Source: Vicugna vicugna | Taxonomy: Eukaryota | Direction: 5' to 3' | Assembly: GCA_013265495.1 (NCBI GenBank) | Contig: MU057809.1 | Location: 1,851,062 to 1,915,061, forward strand | Length of the DNA: 64,000 nt | Part shown: one piece after another, positions 23,074-36,465 of the stretch | How positions within the stretch are numbered: the first letter of the stretch is position 1 | Layout: each line of letters begins with the position of its first letter | Notes under the pieces: generated by a model | Database searches by the model: none | Seen by the model: only the letters and a program-made list of their open reading frames with translations | What the model was told of the DNA's origin: nothing | Position numbers and translations under genes: made by a program

Positions 23074-25885
23074 TTTTTTTTTTTAAAATGTAACTGATGT
23101 GTAACATTATATTGGTTTCAGGTTTACAACTTAATATTCGATACATATGTATATATTGTGAAATGGTCATCATAATCAGTCTAGTCAACATTCATCACCT
23201 CACGTAGTTACAGATGATCATTTTTTGGGGGGATGAGAATTGTTAAGATCTCCTCTCTTAGCAACTTTTAAATATACAATACGGTATCAACTATAGTCAT
23301 CAGGCCATACATTACAACTCTAGGGCTTATGACTGGAATTTTGTATCTTTTGACCACACTCACTCATTTCACCCACCCTCTACGTCAGGCAGCCACCAGT
23401 CTATTCTCATAGATGAGGTGTTTTTCTTTTTTCAAAGAGTCCATGTATAAGTGAGATCATACAGTATTTATCTTTCTCTGACTTACTTCACTAGCATAAT
23501 GCCTTCAAGGTCCATCCATGCTGTTGTAAATGGCAGGATTGTCTTTTTTATGGCTGAATAATATTCCATTGTATATATACCATGTTTTCTTTATCCATTC
23601 ATCCATTGATGAACACTTAGGTTGTTTCCATGTCTTGGTTGTTGTAAACAATGCTTCAGTGAACATGGGTGTGCAGATATCTTTGAGTTAGTGTTTTTGT
23701 TTCCTTCAAGGGAATATCCAAAAGTGGAATTTCTGGATCATATGATGGTTCTATTTTTAATTTGTTGAGGAACCTCCATACTGTTTTTCATAGTGGCTAT
23801 ACCAGTTTACATTTTTGCCAATAGTGCACAGGGATTCCCCTTTGTCTGCATTCCCTGCAATACTTATTTCTTCTTGATAATAGCTATTCTAATAGGTGTT
23901 AGGTGATACTGTGGTTTTGATTTGCAATTCCCTAATGATTGGTGATATTGAACACCTTTTTTGTGTACCTGTTGGCCATCTGTATGTCTTCTTTGGGTAT
24001 GCCTATTCAAGACATTTGCCTGTTTTTCAGATAAATTGTATGTTTTTGCTGTTGCGTTGTATGAGTTTGTTATATATTTTATTTTTATTTATTTACGTAA
24101 AAACAGAATCTCTTAAAAAATTTTTTTTGTTAGGGGAGGTGATTAGATTTATTTATTTATCTGTTTTCTGAGGAGGTACTGGGGATTGAACCCAGGACCT
24201 TGTGTGTGCTAAGCATGCACTCTACCACTTGAGCTATATCCTCCCCACTATATATTTTAGATATTTATCCTTTATCAGATATAGGATTTGCATTTTTTTT
24301 TACCATTCCATAGTTTGCCTTTTTATTTTGTTGATGATTTCCTTTGCTGACAAAAGCTTTCTGGTTTTATGATTTCCTATGTATTTTTGCTTTTGTTGCC
24401 TTTGCTTTTAGTGTCAAATCCAAAAAGTCATTGTTAGGACCAGTGTCAGGGAGCTTACCATCTATATTTTCTTTTAGCAGATTTACAATTTTAGGTCTTA
24501 TGTTTAAGTCTTTAATCCATTTGGAGTTGGTTTTTGTATATGTTGTAAGATAGCAGTCCAGTTTTGTTCTTCTGCATGTGGCTGTCTAGTTTTCCCAACA
24601 CCAGTTATTGGAGAGACTGTCCTTTCCCCACTGTGTATTCTTGGCTCCTTTGTCGTAAATTAATTGACCATATATGCAGGTTTACTCCTAGGCTCTCTAT
24701 TCTGTTCCATTGATCTATGTGTCTGTCTTTGTGCTAATACCGTATTTTTGTGTTTACTGTAGTTTTGTAATATAGCTTGAAATCAGGATGTATGATGCCT
24801 CCAGCTTTGTTGTTCTTTCTCGAGATTGCTTTGGCTATTTGGGATCTTTTTTTGTTTTATAGAAATTTTAGGGTTGTTCTATTTCTGTGAAAAATGGCAC
24901 TGGAATTTGGATAGGGGTTGCATTGAATCTGTAGATTGCTTTGGGTATTATGGACAGTTTAACAATATTCTTCCAATCCATAAGCATGGAATAAATTTCT
25001 ATTTATTTGTGTTTTCAATTTCTTTCATCAGTGTCTTAGAGTTTTCAGTGTACAGGTCTTTCTCCTCTTTGGTTAAATGTATTCCTAGATATTTTTTCGA
25101 TGCAATTATAAATGGGATTGTTCTCGTAATTTCTCTTTCTGATAGTTTATTTGTGTATAGAAATGGGACAGATTTTTAATATTGGTGGAATCCTTAGGAT
25201 TTTCTCTCTATATATCTTGTCACCTGCAAATAAAGACAGTTCTATTTTTTCCTTTCTGATTTGGATTGCCCAGGTAGGACTTCCAATACTTTGGTGAATG
25301 AAAAAGATGAGGGTGGGCATCCTTGTCTCATTTCTGATCTTAGAGGAAAAACTTTTAGCTTTTCTCTGTTGAGTATAATGTTAGCTGTGCACATGTACTA
25401 TATAACCTTTATTATGTTTCTTGTATGCCCAGTTCGAGAGTTTTTATCATAAATGAATACTGAATTTTGTCACATGCTTTTTCTGCATCTGTTAGATAAT
25501 TATGATGTTTATCCTTCATTTTATTAATGTCATGAATCCCATCGACTTGCAGATGTTGAACTATCTTTGTCCCTGCAATCCCTACAATAAATCCCACTTG
25601 ATCATGGCTGTATGATCCCTTTAATGTGTTGTCGAATTTGGTTTGTTAATATTGTGCATCTATGTTCATTAGGGATATTGGCCTGTAATTTTCTTGTAGT
25701 GTCCTTGTTTGATTTTGATATTAGGGTAATGCTGGCCTCATAAAATAAGTTTGGAAGTATTCCCGCTTCTATCTTTTGGAAGAGTTTGAGAAGGATTGGT
25801 GTAGGTTCTCCTTTAAATGGTGGAAATTACCAGTGAAGCCATCTGGTCCTGGACTTTTGTTTGTTGGAAGATTTTTGATTACTGA
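23074..25885 (-). mobile_element. 5'-truncated L1 (L1MA9/laurasiatherian type), about 2.8 kb
   Basis: Poly(T) at 23074; antisense 3' UTR and ORF2 (minus-strand translation includes DAEKACDKIQYSFMIKTL). Confidence 0.92.
24082..24248 (-). mobile_element. tRNA-Ala-derived SINE (Vic-1 type) with extended tail, inside L1
   Basis: ggaggtactggggattgaacccaggacc...gctaagcatgcactctaccacttgagctatatcctcccc; TSD tatatatttta at 24071-24081 and 24249-24259. Confidence 0.9.
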
Positions 25886-27891
25886 ACTAATTAGCTGTTG
25901 AACCTCAATCATTAGAATTTAAAAATTAATATTAAAATTTTTGGAAGCTTTTCTGCATTTCTAGAGATAGAGCTCAAAGTCACCTTTGAGGACAAAATGC
26001 TGCTTTGGGAAATTCTCTTAAGTAGGTCTTTTGGTTATGTAGAAGAACACAAGATCTTATTCTGGAATATGGAGCCAAACTATTTGGCAAAGTAAAATCT
26101 GAGGACTTTCCTCCCAATTCCCCATTGGAAGAAGAGCTGCACTTCTAGATTGGTCCCTGTAGGTCTTTAGGAATGTCAGAGTCCTGGATTTCTGGGAGGT
26201 AAACATTCTTAGAGGTGTACTAAAAGACCGAGCTGCCCATAGTTGGGTGGAATGTGGACTCTGCGCAACTGTGTGTTCATGGCAGTCAGTACTCATGCTT
26301 TTCAGCAGGAGTAGAAGAATTAAAAACATGCATCATATTAGAAGAGCAGTGTTACGGGAGTAAGAGACTGTCTTAAGAAAAAGGAGCCTAAAATAGTCAA
26401 TACTGGAAAATAACAGTCAAGCCATACAAAGTATGGCTAGTTATGTCTTTATTAGCAATTAGATATGGCAAGAATATTTAAAGAGAACATTCAGAATCAG
26501 TGAAAAGAAGAAAGCTGTTGAGGCTGTATATGAAAAGAAGTTAGCAGTGAAGCTGAGAGAAATCTTTGTTCTTCTTTACTAAAGAAACTGGAGAAAGTTT
26601 CACTTCGGATACTGAAGTCGGCAGTTAAATTCTTTCCTTGCTGCTCCCTGGAAGACTGTGTCTTCTCACTTCTGTTCATTTGCTCATGCTGTTGCTTCTG
26701 CTTGCTTTTTCTCTCCATCATCTGGATGTTAGCTTGTTGTTTAAAGTTGTACTTGTCATGAAAGACCCACTTTCTCCAAGAATTCCTCTCCAATTGCTCA
26801 AACCAAACATTATCTTTTATTCTTGTTTTTCTTATAGCTATTTTGTACTACTCTGACAACACTTAATAAATCTGATATTCTCTAGCATATGAAGCAGTTG
26901 CTTTTTAGGTTAAAGAGTGTATTTAATGTGATATTAATAGTGTTTATTTTGTCTTGAGTGTACAGTATATACAGTGAGATTTAAACTGCTGGAGACCTGT
27001 GAATGCTGCTGTGCTGTTACCGTGAGACAATGAGAAGGAGGAATATTGCTGGAAGACAGACTGATAGGTTAGAACCCCCAATGAGGAAGCTGCGAGAGAG
27101 AATGGGAAGATAGTGGTGCCAGTTGGAGACCTGGCAACTCTACCTAAATCCATTGCTCTCACTCTGTCTCTGCCAATGGTACCTGATGAAGGAGGAGCAG
27201 AACAGCTTTTTCTTTCACCTGCTCTCTGATGACTGAAGTCAAGTCTAGTCATTGGGCCCAAGTATTCTGTCCAAGGTGGCCTTCTATCCAAAAGACCTAG
27301 ATATTTCCAGCCTTCCTTTGGTTTCATTTCTGCCAAATTCTTGAGGGCCGGGGGCTAATTCACTGAAATAGCATTTCCCTGTAGCTTGGTTTTTAATTGT
27401 GTTCTGAATTTAGTTTATATTCCTAAATGGCTTTACAGGTTTTCTCTCCCTGTGCCCTCAAAGGAAGTTATGTGTTTCTGAACCTCTCGGGTGCTGTTTT
27501 AGTAAATTAAGAATTCAGTTCACTTAATGATACCCCCGTGGCCTGAAAGAGTTAATACAAGTTTCTTAAGTACCACATTAATTCTCAGGGAATAATTTAT
27601 GCATTAGAGTGTAGCTTAGTATCTAGCCAGTTACACACACACTATGGGATTGTTTTCCCTTTTGGAAGTAGATTTGAGCCCTTGAAAACAATGGAGGTTG
27701 AGCATAAATCCAGGAACCTGTGTCATAAATACTTGAACATGTGTAATGGTTCAGTGAGCGAAGGGGTATATTACAATAATCAAGACGAAGCAAGTCACGA
27801 CCCAGCTCAACGCTGTACTTACGCGCGACTTTGCTAGATTAACCTCTGCATTTTCCTCCTCTTTGACGTGGGCATGGTGCTTGTATCAGAG

Positions 27892-28085
27892 ACAGCATGG
27901 AGTGGTGGTTAAACACTTAGGTTTTATGTATAAACGAGGTGCGCTGAGTGGGCTCAGTTCCTGGCTTCACTGCTTGATAACTGTGTGACCCTAGGCAAAT
28001 CAATCTCTCCAACCCCACTTTTTTCACTTGAAAACTAGAATAACACTAGCATCTACCTCATAAAGTTGTTGTGAAGATTAACAGC
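27892..28085 (+). mobile_element. MIR SINE
   Basis: acagcatggagtggtggttaa...ctgtgtgaccctaggcaa...atctacctcataaagttgttgtgaagattaa. Confidence 0.8.
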
Positions 28086-30209
28086 TCAGTAACTGTGAGC
28101 CATTTTTATTATTTGTCATTATGACATTGGCAAGTGATAGAAAGTGCCAAGTGCTGTGCCTGGGACATGGTGGCCGACACTGAATGGAGGGCCGCCCTTG
28201 CTGTCAGGGTTATCAGTCGCAGAAGGCTCATCTGCGGGGAGCTCAGGTGGAAGATGCAGACGGAGCAAGCCGCCCACAGCGTGGACCGTCCTGATGCTTT
28301 GCCCTAGTTTCTTGTTTTGTTAGTCTTGCCTGTCTCTGGAATGCACTCCCCACAATGTTGCACATGTCACTGTAGAGTTTGTGGCTGGCTTGCTCTCCCC
28401 CTGACCGTTTTGCCCCCTAGGCAGAAGTAACTGGAAGGTACACTTTAGTCTGGACATTTTCTTCATTTCCCTTCTGTATCCTTGTGTCTCCTCTGCTTGG
28501 GCTGCCTTCTTGCTCAGTCTGCCATTGTCTTCAACTTCCCTGTGGTTGCAGTTGGGAAAAAAAATCATCCTGTATGTAGGTGTGTGACTTTGACTTCATG
28601 AGGGCTGTGGTCTAAGAGCATGGTCTCATCCTTATTAGACCATGGTTGATAATCACTAAAGGGGAAAGTGATTCTTGGAGTTGCTCATCTGAAAAAGAAG
28701 CTAGCTTCCCAAACAGGAGAGTGGTACAGGGGCTGGGAGGGAGGGTAGTAGGAAGAACTTCGGGTTTCTGTAGGATGAAACTCTGTTTGACTCTTGGACC
28801 TGAGTGTGACTGACCAAGATGTCCAGGAAGGAGCTGCCCTGGTGTCTGTCTGGGAGGGACCAGCGGTGTGGAGGCAAATAGAGGACCAAGAAGTGAGGAG
28901 TATAGGCAAGTAGCCTTTGAAGTTAGACCTCCCTTTTGGGACCAGAGTCCACATATCTTAAGATAGCACTCAGTAGAACTAATGGGCTTAATTACTCTGT
29001 GAGCATTGTTGAGCTGCTGATAAAGCAGCAGCAGGAGGAGAAGTTCGACTTCTGGCCTTTCTGTGCCTCTTCTACGTGGCACAGTGGTGAGAGTTCACGC
29101 TGGTGGTGGTATACGGGCGACGTGCCCCAGTAACAGTAAGCTTGAGAGGGGTAAACTGCTCGGAGTCAACCAACATCTAACGGATCGAAGGGGAGAGTGA
29201 GAACCCCCCCCACCCCAGCCCAGCAAATGACATGTTCTGAAAGTAGTGACAGGATGACTGTGCCATAAAGGAAAAAGTGGCCATTCAGCAGTGAGCTTAG
29301 GAAGCGGGAATTGGACAGTGTGTTACAGCCTGTGTGAGCATTATGTGTTGAGGAGCGTGACCTGTTGGAGAGGGTATTCTAGGGCAGGCGTGTTCTCAGA
29401 ATGGAAATGGGTACAACATGAAGCATAAACTTATGAAATCAGTAAATAAGTCCCTTTGTTGTGATTCCACATCTACCTGTTGCTCACGTGATACTCTACT
29501 GACTCTTATCCCAGATTACCAGCCTGTGAGACATTTGTGGCCTTTTCTTAGTGGTATTTCAGCTTTTATACTTCTGTAGTCACCAAACATACCATGTTAA
29601 TTTTGCTCCGTTTTATAATGCTAAACTTTGTATCTGTTTATTCACTTTTCAGAATGACCAATTCTGAAAAGTGAAACTTAAAAAATTAGTGAGATAACTT
29701 TAATCAGTTTTTCCCTTTAAAAGTGAAATAACACTGTTTTGTTTCTGAGGAATTTGGCTTCAGCTGGTTTTTATTTTGAGTTTGGTGTTAAAAGAGAATT
29801 ATAGAATAGTAAATTTACTGTTGTAAAGATCAATAATATCTGATATGTAGATATTTATTTTGTGATAATGTACCTTAGTTTAACTAGATAAGACTAGAAT
29901 TTGAAAGCAGTTTGGTTACTGCCTAAACACTAGTTATTCTGAGAGTCTACTGCCACCATTTTTAATGGGTAGCCTTGTACTTCAGTGGATTGGTTAATCT
30001 TAAAGACCAGATGGTAGTTGTATCAAAATTTCATAAGGATTTTATGTCCTGTGTTTTGCTATCAGCTAAAAGCGTTAGAATTTATTAACTAGGAAAGTTA
30101 AACATCACCCCATCACTGAGAAAACAAGCACATAAATAATAATAAAAATTGATGAATCATTTTATTCACTGTCATTATTCACAAAGAACACAAGGTGGAA
30201 AATTAGAAA

Positions 30210-31020
30210 AAATGAACCTCAATACCATTGCCATCTTTAAAGAGAAAAAGTAGAGAAGAGGCAGGAAAAGCAGTGCAAAATAACATAATTATAAATCCAA
30301 GTGCCAGTGATTACAATAAATGTAAATAGACTATGATTCAGTTAAAAGACAAAGGTTGTCAGACTGGATTAAAAAAAACCCCAAATCTAATGAATTGCTT
30401 GGTTTACAAGAAGCATGTCTAAAAAGTGATATAAAAAGCAAAAGAATGAAAAATTATGTTTTAGGTTTATTCTAATCAAAAGAAAGCTTGTGTAACTATA
30501 TTGATAGACAAAGTAGAGGTTAAGGTAAAAGGTGTTAGTGCAGGTGAAGAAAAGCACTACCCGATGGTGAAGTTTCCATTCATCAGATACAAAGAACTTA
30601 GGTACCTGGTAACACAGGTGTGATTACATAAGTAGAAATACACAGGAACAGAAGGAAGATGGCCAAGTTCACAGTCCTGTGGGAAGTTAAAACAACTTTC
30701 TGAATAATTGATAGAACTAGCAAATGGAACATTGAGAAGGATATAGATGATTTAAAGAACACGAATAACACATTTAACATAATAGACATACATAGAATGT
30801 TACATGCACTTTCTGTATAACCCATAGTTTTCAATCACAAATGAACGCTTGACATTGATTATGTATAGGACTGTAAAGCCAGTCTTAACAAATTTCAAAT
30901 GATTGAAATCACATAGAGTATGTACCCTAACCATAGTGGAATTATGCAAAGAAGCAGTGATCAAAAGATAACAGGAAAATCCCCGTATGTCTAAAAATTA
31001 AGAAATATACTTCCACATGT
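30210..31020 (+). mobile_element. Old L1 fragment (start of ORF2 endonuclease region)
   Basis: attacaataaatgtaaatagact...aaaagacaaaggttgtcagactggatt; aagccagtcttaacaaatttcaaatgattgaaatc. Confidence 0.8.
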
Positions 31021-32061
31021 TTTATAGATTAATGAAGTTTTATAAAAGTACTATAAGAATGAAAAACAGTCACTTAAACATAAAAAAATCACTATAGCTG
31101 AACCTAGTAACTAAAAGTTGTCAGCATTTGGGTGTATTTTTCTTAATATCCAAACTTTTGATAATTCTGTACTCCACAGATCTCCAGTGTTTTTGAAAAT
31201 TCTCCTTTCCCTGGAGGCTAGCGATCATCTAAATTGGATTAGAAAGTACGTCCCTGAGCTAAATGAGGAAAAGATCGTTCCTACTGGTGGCAGGAGAGTG
31301 TGCCATGACCAGAAGATCTTTGGATTTACTGGAAACAGGCTATTTACATGCAGGTATTAGTTCCCAGCCTGTGGCCCCTGTTTTCATTTACTCAGAGCCC
31401 GAGACCAGCTGAGCCTGTAGTGTGACTTTGGGCCAGACACTGAAGGAAGTATGAGGCTCAGACAGGCTTAAGTAGATTATTTCTGCTTCCGTATTTAAGT
31501 AATGGTAGCAGCGACACCGTAGGCCCTCACAGATGCACACGTCTGGGATTTATCCACCCCTTCCCATTTTCATTTCTGAGAAAAAGAGAAGTTTCAGTTA
31601 TTACAGAAGTTGTTACTGATTGTTGGTGATCTAGAGAAGCCCACCCTCCCCCTTTTCCTTTTAAAAGGTTTGAGTAGCATGAAAAGATTTAGGCATTCAC
31701 AGCTTTTTAAAAGGAAATGAGATCTGGCCTATGCTTTGAAAGAGAACAGACACCAGGCTGAAGAAATAATTTGTCATGTCATGGATGTAGGAACATGCTA
31801 TTTATGGAAATAGCTTGTTGAAATAGGATTTGTTTGGAGAAAGACATAGAAAGATAAGTGTCAGGTGGATATGCGCATTTTTCTGATGATCGTATCCCAT
31901 TGGCTCTGGCTCATTAGCGTTCTTGTTTTTTAAAAACTTTCTACAGTATCCCAATTTACAGTTTATTTTCTTAAGGCAGTTACTCTAATTTGTTTCCTGT
32001 TTTTGTTTCTAAATGATGTAGATGATGGCATGGAAAAATTCAAGAACCGTTACATAGATGA

Positions 32062-32270
32062 CAGTTGACCCTTGAACAACACTGTGTGAACAGTGTGGGT
32101 CCACTTGTACGCAGTTATTTTCCATTAAAGCTGTATTACAGTGTTACACAGTTTGGTTGGTTGAATCACAGATGTAGAACCACACAGAGGGCTGACTATA
32201 AAGGTATATGCAAATTTTCGACTACTTGGGGTTGGTGCCCCTCATCCCTGCATTGTTCAGGGGTCAACTG
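32062..32270. mobile_element. Tigger2-derived MITE (MER8/Tigger2a-like)
   Basis: TIRs cagttgacccttgaacaa (32062) and ttgttcaggggtcaactg (ending 32270), followed by TA. Confidence 0.92.
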
Positions 32271-32904
32271 TACAACTTCTTTTACTCTTCTTAAATAGAT
32301 CTGACTTAATCTTGGATAGCTACTTACAAATTTTAATGATTATCTTTCATTTTGGGGTTATTTTGAAAGTTGCTGGCATTTAAAATAAAAGTTGGAATAA
32401 ACTTAGACCGCATTTGGATTTATATAAATATACTGAACATACTCCCAATTTTTGAAATAACCATAATAAAAAAAAACATTGGGAGAAGTTAAATTTTACT
32501 ACTGCTTGGAATTAATAGAATAACTCATAATCTCTGTTTCCTCTTTGTAAAATTCAAAAAATAATATGTAGCTCTAATTAGTTGTGCCCTGTATGTAGTT
32601 TCCTTAATAGTTCACCCAAGAGTTGGCTGTAGTCCATTTCTGAATCCCCAGTGGGGCTGCCCATCACTCCTGGACCTGTTGCCAATGGTGATGTTTTTCA
32701 CTGTGCCATGAATAGAAACCACAATAACTTGGCTAACATACACAGACCGTGTGATTCATAGTGACAGGGACCATGTTGTCATTGTTGGGTGAGGGGCCAT
32801 TCATAGTGGACTCCATACACATGATGACTAGAAGCAGGAGTCTAATGTGCTTGAGTGCATCTTGTGTTAGCCTCCACACAGAATGCTTTCCACAGGGTAC
32901 CTTG

Positions 32905-33045
32905 TATAGTCCTTGTAATGATCCCACGAGGTTGGAGAAGGGAAACCAGACCGCAGAGAGGTTGACCAAATGCCCAGGTAACACATTTCATGGTGGAATT
33001 GGGTTCTGAATCAACATTTTAGACCACCGCCCATTTCACCAGGAT
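32905..33045 (-). mobile_element. MIR fragment
   Basis: ggaaaccagaccgcagagaggttgaccaaatgcccaggtaacaca resembles the antisense MIR core. Confidence 0.55.
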
Positions 33046-34784
33046 TCAGATTATTTTTTAAGACAAAAAAACCGGAGCTGTGGACAAATCAGGACAATAT
33101 GACTTCATTTTAGGTCTTATGTTTATGTCTGGAAAATTGCGTATAAGGAACAAATTGTTTTAAAACAATGTTTTAAATTGGTAATTATTATTTTAGAAAT
33201 TAATTTTCTGGGGAAAATGTTGGTAAAGCAACATCATGTAAGTTAAATTTAACAGTCCTCACATTTCATTTGCAAAAACGTTTTTTGTATCATTTAATGC
33301 TTTAATGGCTCCTGAAAAAAATTAAATGATCAATCTGTATTTTCATGTATATCAAAATCACACATTTATTAAATCACATACAGGTAACTGCATTTCATTG
33401 GGCATTCATATTGACTTCAGTCTGATGTAGACTGTTCAGCTCTGTTAGCTGAGGCATTAACCCTTGCCCTTATTAAAAATATATCCTGAAGGATAAGGGC
33501 AAAATATTATTGACTATGCTGTGCTTAAATGTCTCAAAATTAAGTAGAATGGAGTGAAGTTAAATAGAGGAAATTGCTGAACTTAGTGTGTTTAGTTGAC
33601 TACCTTAAGGAATTCTTGCTGCTTTGTAGCTATAGATGCTTAAAATAATCCACCAGGCAACACTTAATGCATGGAATAATGGTTACTTTTTTGTATCTAT
33701 TGGGAAGCTCTAATTATATGATTATGAATAAGTTTCAGTTAGTTTATTTCCTCATTTTCTTTGATTAAACTGGAATGAGACCTATATGGCCAAATCTAGT
33801 CCTATTTCAGTCATGTTATATGTGATAATTCCATTGATACATTAAGAAGATTTAAAAAAAATTAAAGTAACTGGAGATATCAGAATAGCTCATCTAAAAG
33901 TTAATTATATTTTCTGAAATTAAGGCTAAAAATCTTGGTTAAAATATAAAATCAATCACATTGGTAATAGTTTTTTAAAAACATGGACATGTATTGGTAA
34001 AAATGTACAGTTCACCATTTGCAAATTTAAATTTTAACATTTCCACTAAGTTACCAGTCAGAGAATTTCTCTTCCATTCTCTGCATCCGCTCTCCCCTAG
34101 TCTTCAGTCCCCAGTTCCCCCTTCTCACAGATTCTCTTCACAGAAGAAACAAAAGGCATTAAAGGGGAACACCCTTGACTTCCTACCACCTGTTCACATG
34201 TTTATTCCTTTAGACCCCATCTTTTCCATCTATATTTCAAAGACTTTTGGTCCTAATTTCAGAAAATATCCCCTGAATTCACCTATCATGCCCAGATATA
34301 TTATCCATGAAGTCTGCTGTTGTGTGCCTTCTGTATTCTTGCCCTCATGTGTTGAGAGGGCAGGGCATAGACCTTTGCAGCACATCCCAGAGTCCTCCCT
34401 CTAGAGTGTATTTGATCCAGTAATTAATTCCCTTTATATCTGGTTCTTCAAACTTAGGAAATCGCACAACTGTTCAGCATTCACGGCATTTCTCCATCTT
34501 GCCCTCCCGCACTGCCTCTCATGGAGGCTGCACTGGTATGAGTAGACACCTCACTGTTCTTACAAGCTACACTTTTGATAGGGAACACTGTTGAAAAAGA
34601 GGGTTTCATGGCCTTGTAGTGTTTGAACTCCCATGACAGCTTCATTAGCTTTTATAAACTATTAGTTTGTAAAACTCTTGCTAAGGATTCATATTAAATA
34701 TGTCTGTAGATTTTGCAAGATGAGACAGCATTTGCCCTTCCCTAGTCATCCTGTACCTCTTAGACTTTTTACCTTATGTTTTTG

Positions 34785-34925
34785 TGTGTGAAATACAGCA
34801 CATAAAAAAGTGCATAAAGCAGGCGTACAGTTCAGCCAACTGTAAAATAAGCACCTGTGTGATCACCGCTGAGGTCAAGAAGCAGGCCGCTGCCAGCTCC
34901 CGGAAGCCCTCGAGTTTGTTACCTC
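34785..34925 (-). mobile_element. L1ME-type 3' terminal fragment
   Basis: aaaagtgcataaagc...gtacagttc...cacctgtgtgatcacc...aggtcaagaagcag...ccagctcccggaagccc. Confidence 0.55.
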
Positions 34926-36465
34926 TCTTAAAAGGTGAAGGCAGGTCTTCCTCTTCTTGAAGATGAGCTCTTCCACAAGTTCCTGCATTGTAAATCTTAC
35001 AGATTAGGAGGCTGCAGTCTATTTAGAGTATCTAAGATTCACGACTTCACCATCTTTACCAATCTTTGGATTTTAGTTTTCCTTTTCCAATGTTTAGTTT
35101 TCTGTATGTATTCTGATGATTATTTTCTTTGACCTAGAAAGCATTTGCAGGGTTATGTATGCTTTCTGTAATTGTTAACAATGTAGTGTAACTGAATGGA
35201 ACTTTATTTTTCACAAACCTTGTTTTATTCTGAGACTGTTTCCTGATAATAACTTTAGAGATTCATGCCATTCTTTTATACGCACGACGTCTTTGTCTTT
35301 TGAACACTTCTGAGCTTATCAGAAAAATACCTGCTTGACCGTGTTAGTCTCTTTAAATATCTCTTTGTTTCTTTCTCCTTGAAATCACGTGTTTGTGGTC
35401 AGAATGTAACCTCTTAGGGACTCTGGACACTCCTGTAGTTGACGTACATGTTCATACTCAGGGTCTTAGAAAATGTGATGCTTTATCTTTGTTTTTTTCT
35501 CTTGCTTCGCCTCTTTATTGGGCTTTTCCGTCTCATTCTGTTTTCTCTCCACCTCCGTCTTTGTTCACCTTTCTCTCCTTTTCTTCTCTTTCTTCCTCCT
35601 GAACATGATACAGAAACCAAAACACATGGCAGCAAGCTTTAAAACATCATAGTGGCACAGACGCTCCAATTATCCAGGTGTCATATAGCTGTGACCTGAG
35701 GGACTGAAGAGAAAGGCAAACAGATTTTAATGAGTGAAGTGTTAGGACCACGCTGAAGATGGTCTCTTTGGTGCACATACCATAATGTGACCACTAGGCA
35801 TATCTGTAATGACAGCACCGTCTTAAAGGTAAACTCTGAACTTCCTCTGCTGTTGTATTTATGATTTGTGACCAAGTGTATCTTTTTTTCGTCTCTAACA
35901 TTGTTGTAGCTATGCACAGATGTATTTCTCAGTTATATTTGCTTAAAAAGAAACTATATCTTTAGTAACACAGAATGTCACATAATAAAACTTTAAACTG
36001 TCAGTGGTACTCATAGATTGATGTGTAAGCTGGACCCTTTCATTTCTGGTTCTCGAAGTGGTGATTTTTGATAACTTGTTTCAATAGTAAGTTGTTTTAA
36101 TGAGGGAGGATATTTGGAAGAATTAGCAAATCTAATCGTTAAAATGTCCTTTCAAGCTTACTGCATAAGGTATGACTTATAAAAAAAAAAGTTTTCTATA
36201 AAAGCAATCTCAAAATAGAACTAAGTGTTGTGTGAGTTACTATACAGCTAGAATTTTCTGAAAGATTGAAGGTTGTAGTAGCTCTGAGCACTGATACTGA
36301 TTTTGAAAATTAAACCAACTGGCAGTCATCCCCTGGAGACTTGATTCCTGAGATCTTTATATACACATGCTCTACAGTAAATAAGAATGCGTCCTCGTTA
36401 AAGCCAAAACACGGTGGGTTTTAAGCATCTAATAACAGGATTAAACATTTTAACTATTTAATTTC

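Noticed and set aside
26043..26148. Protein-like frame RTQDLILEYGAKLFGKVKSEDFPPNSPLEEELHF
   Set aside because: Bounded by stops, weak splice signals, and no recognised homology.
31278..31293. CTCF-like motifs (cctactggtggcag; also tcacctggtggcaa near 60746)
   Set aside because: Several mismatches to the core consensus; expected by chance in a window this size.
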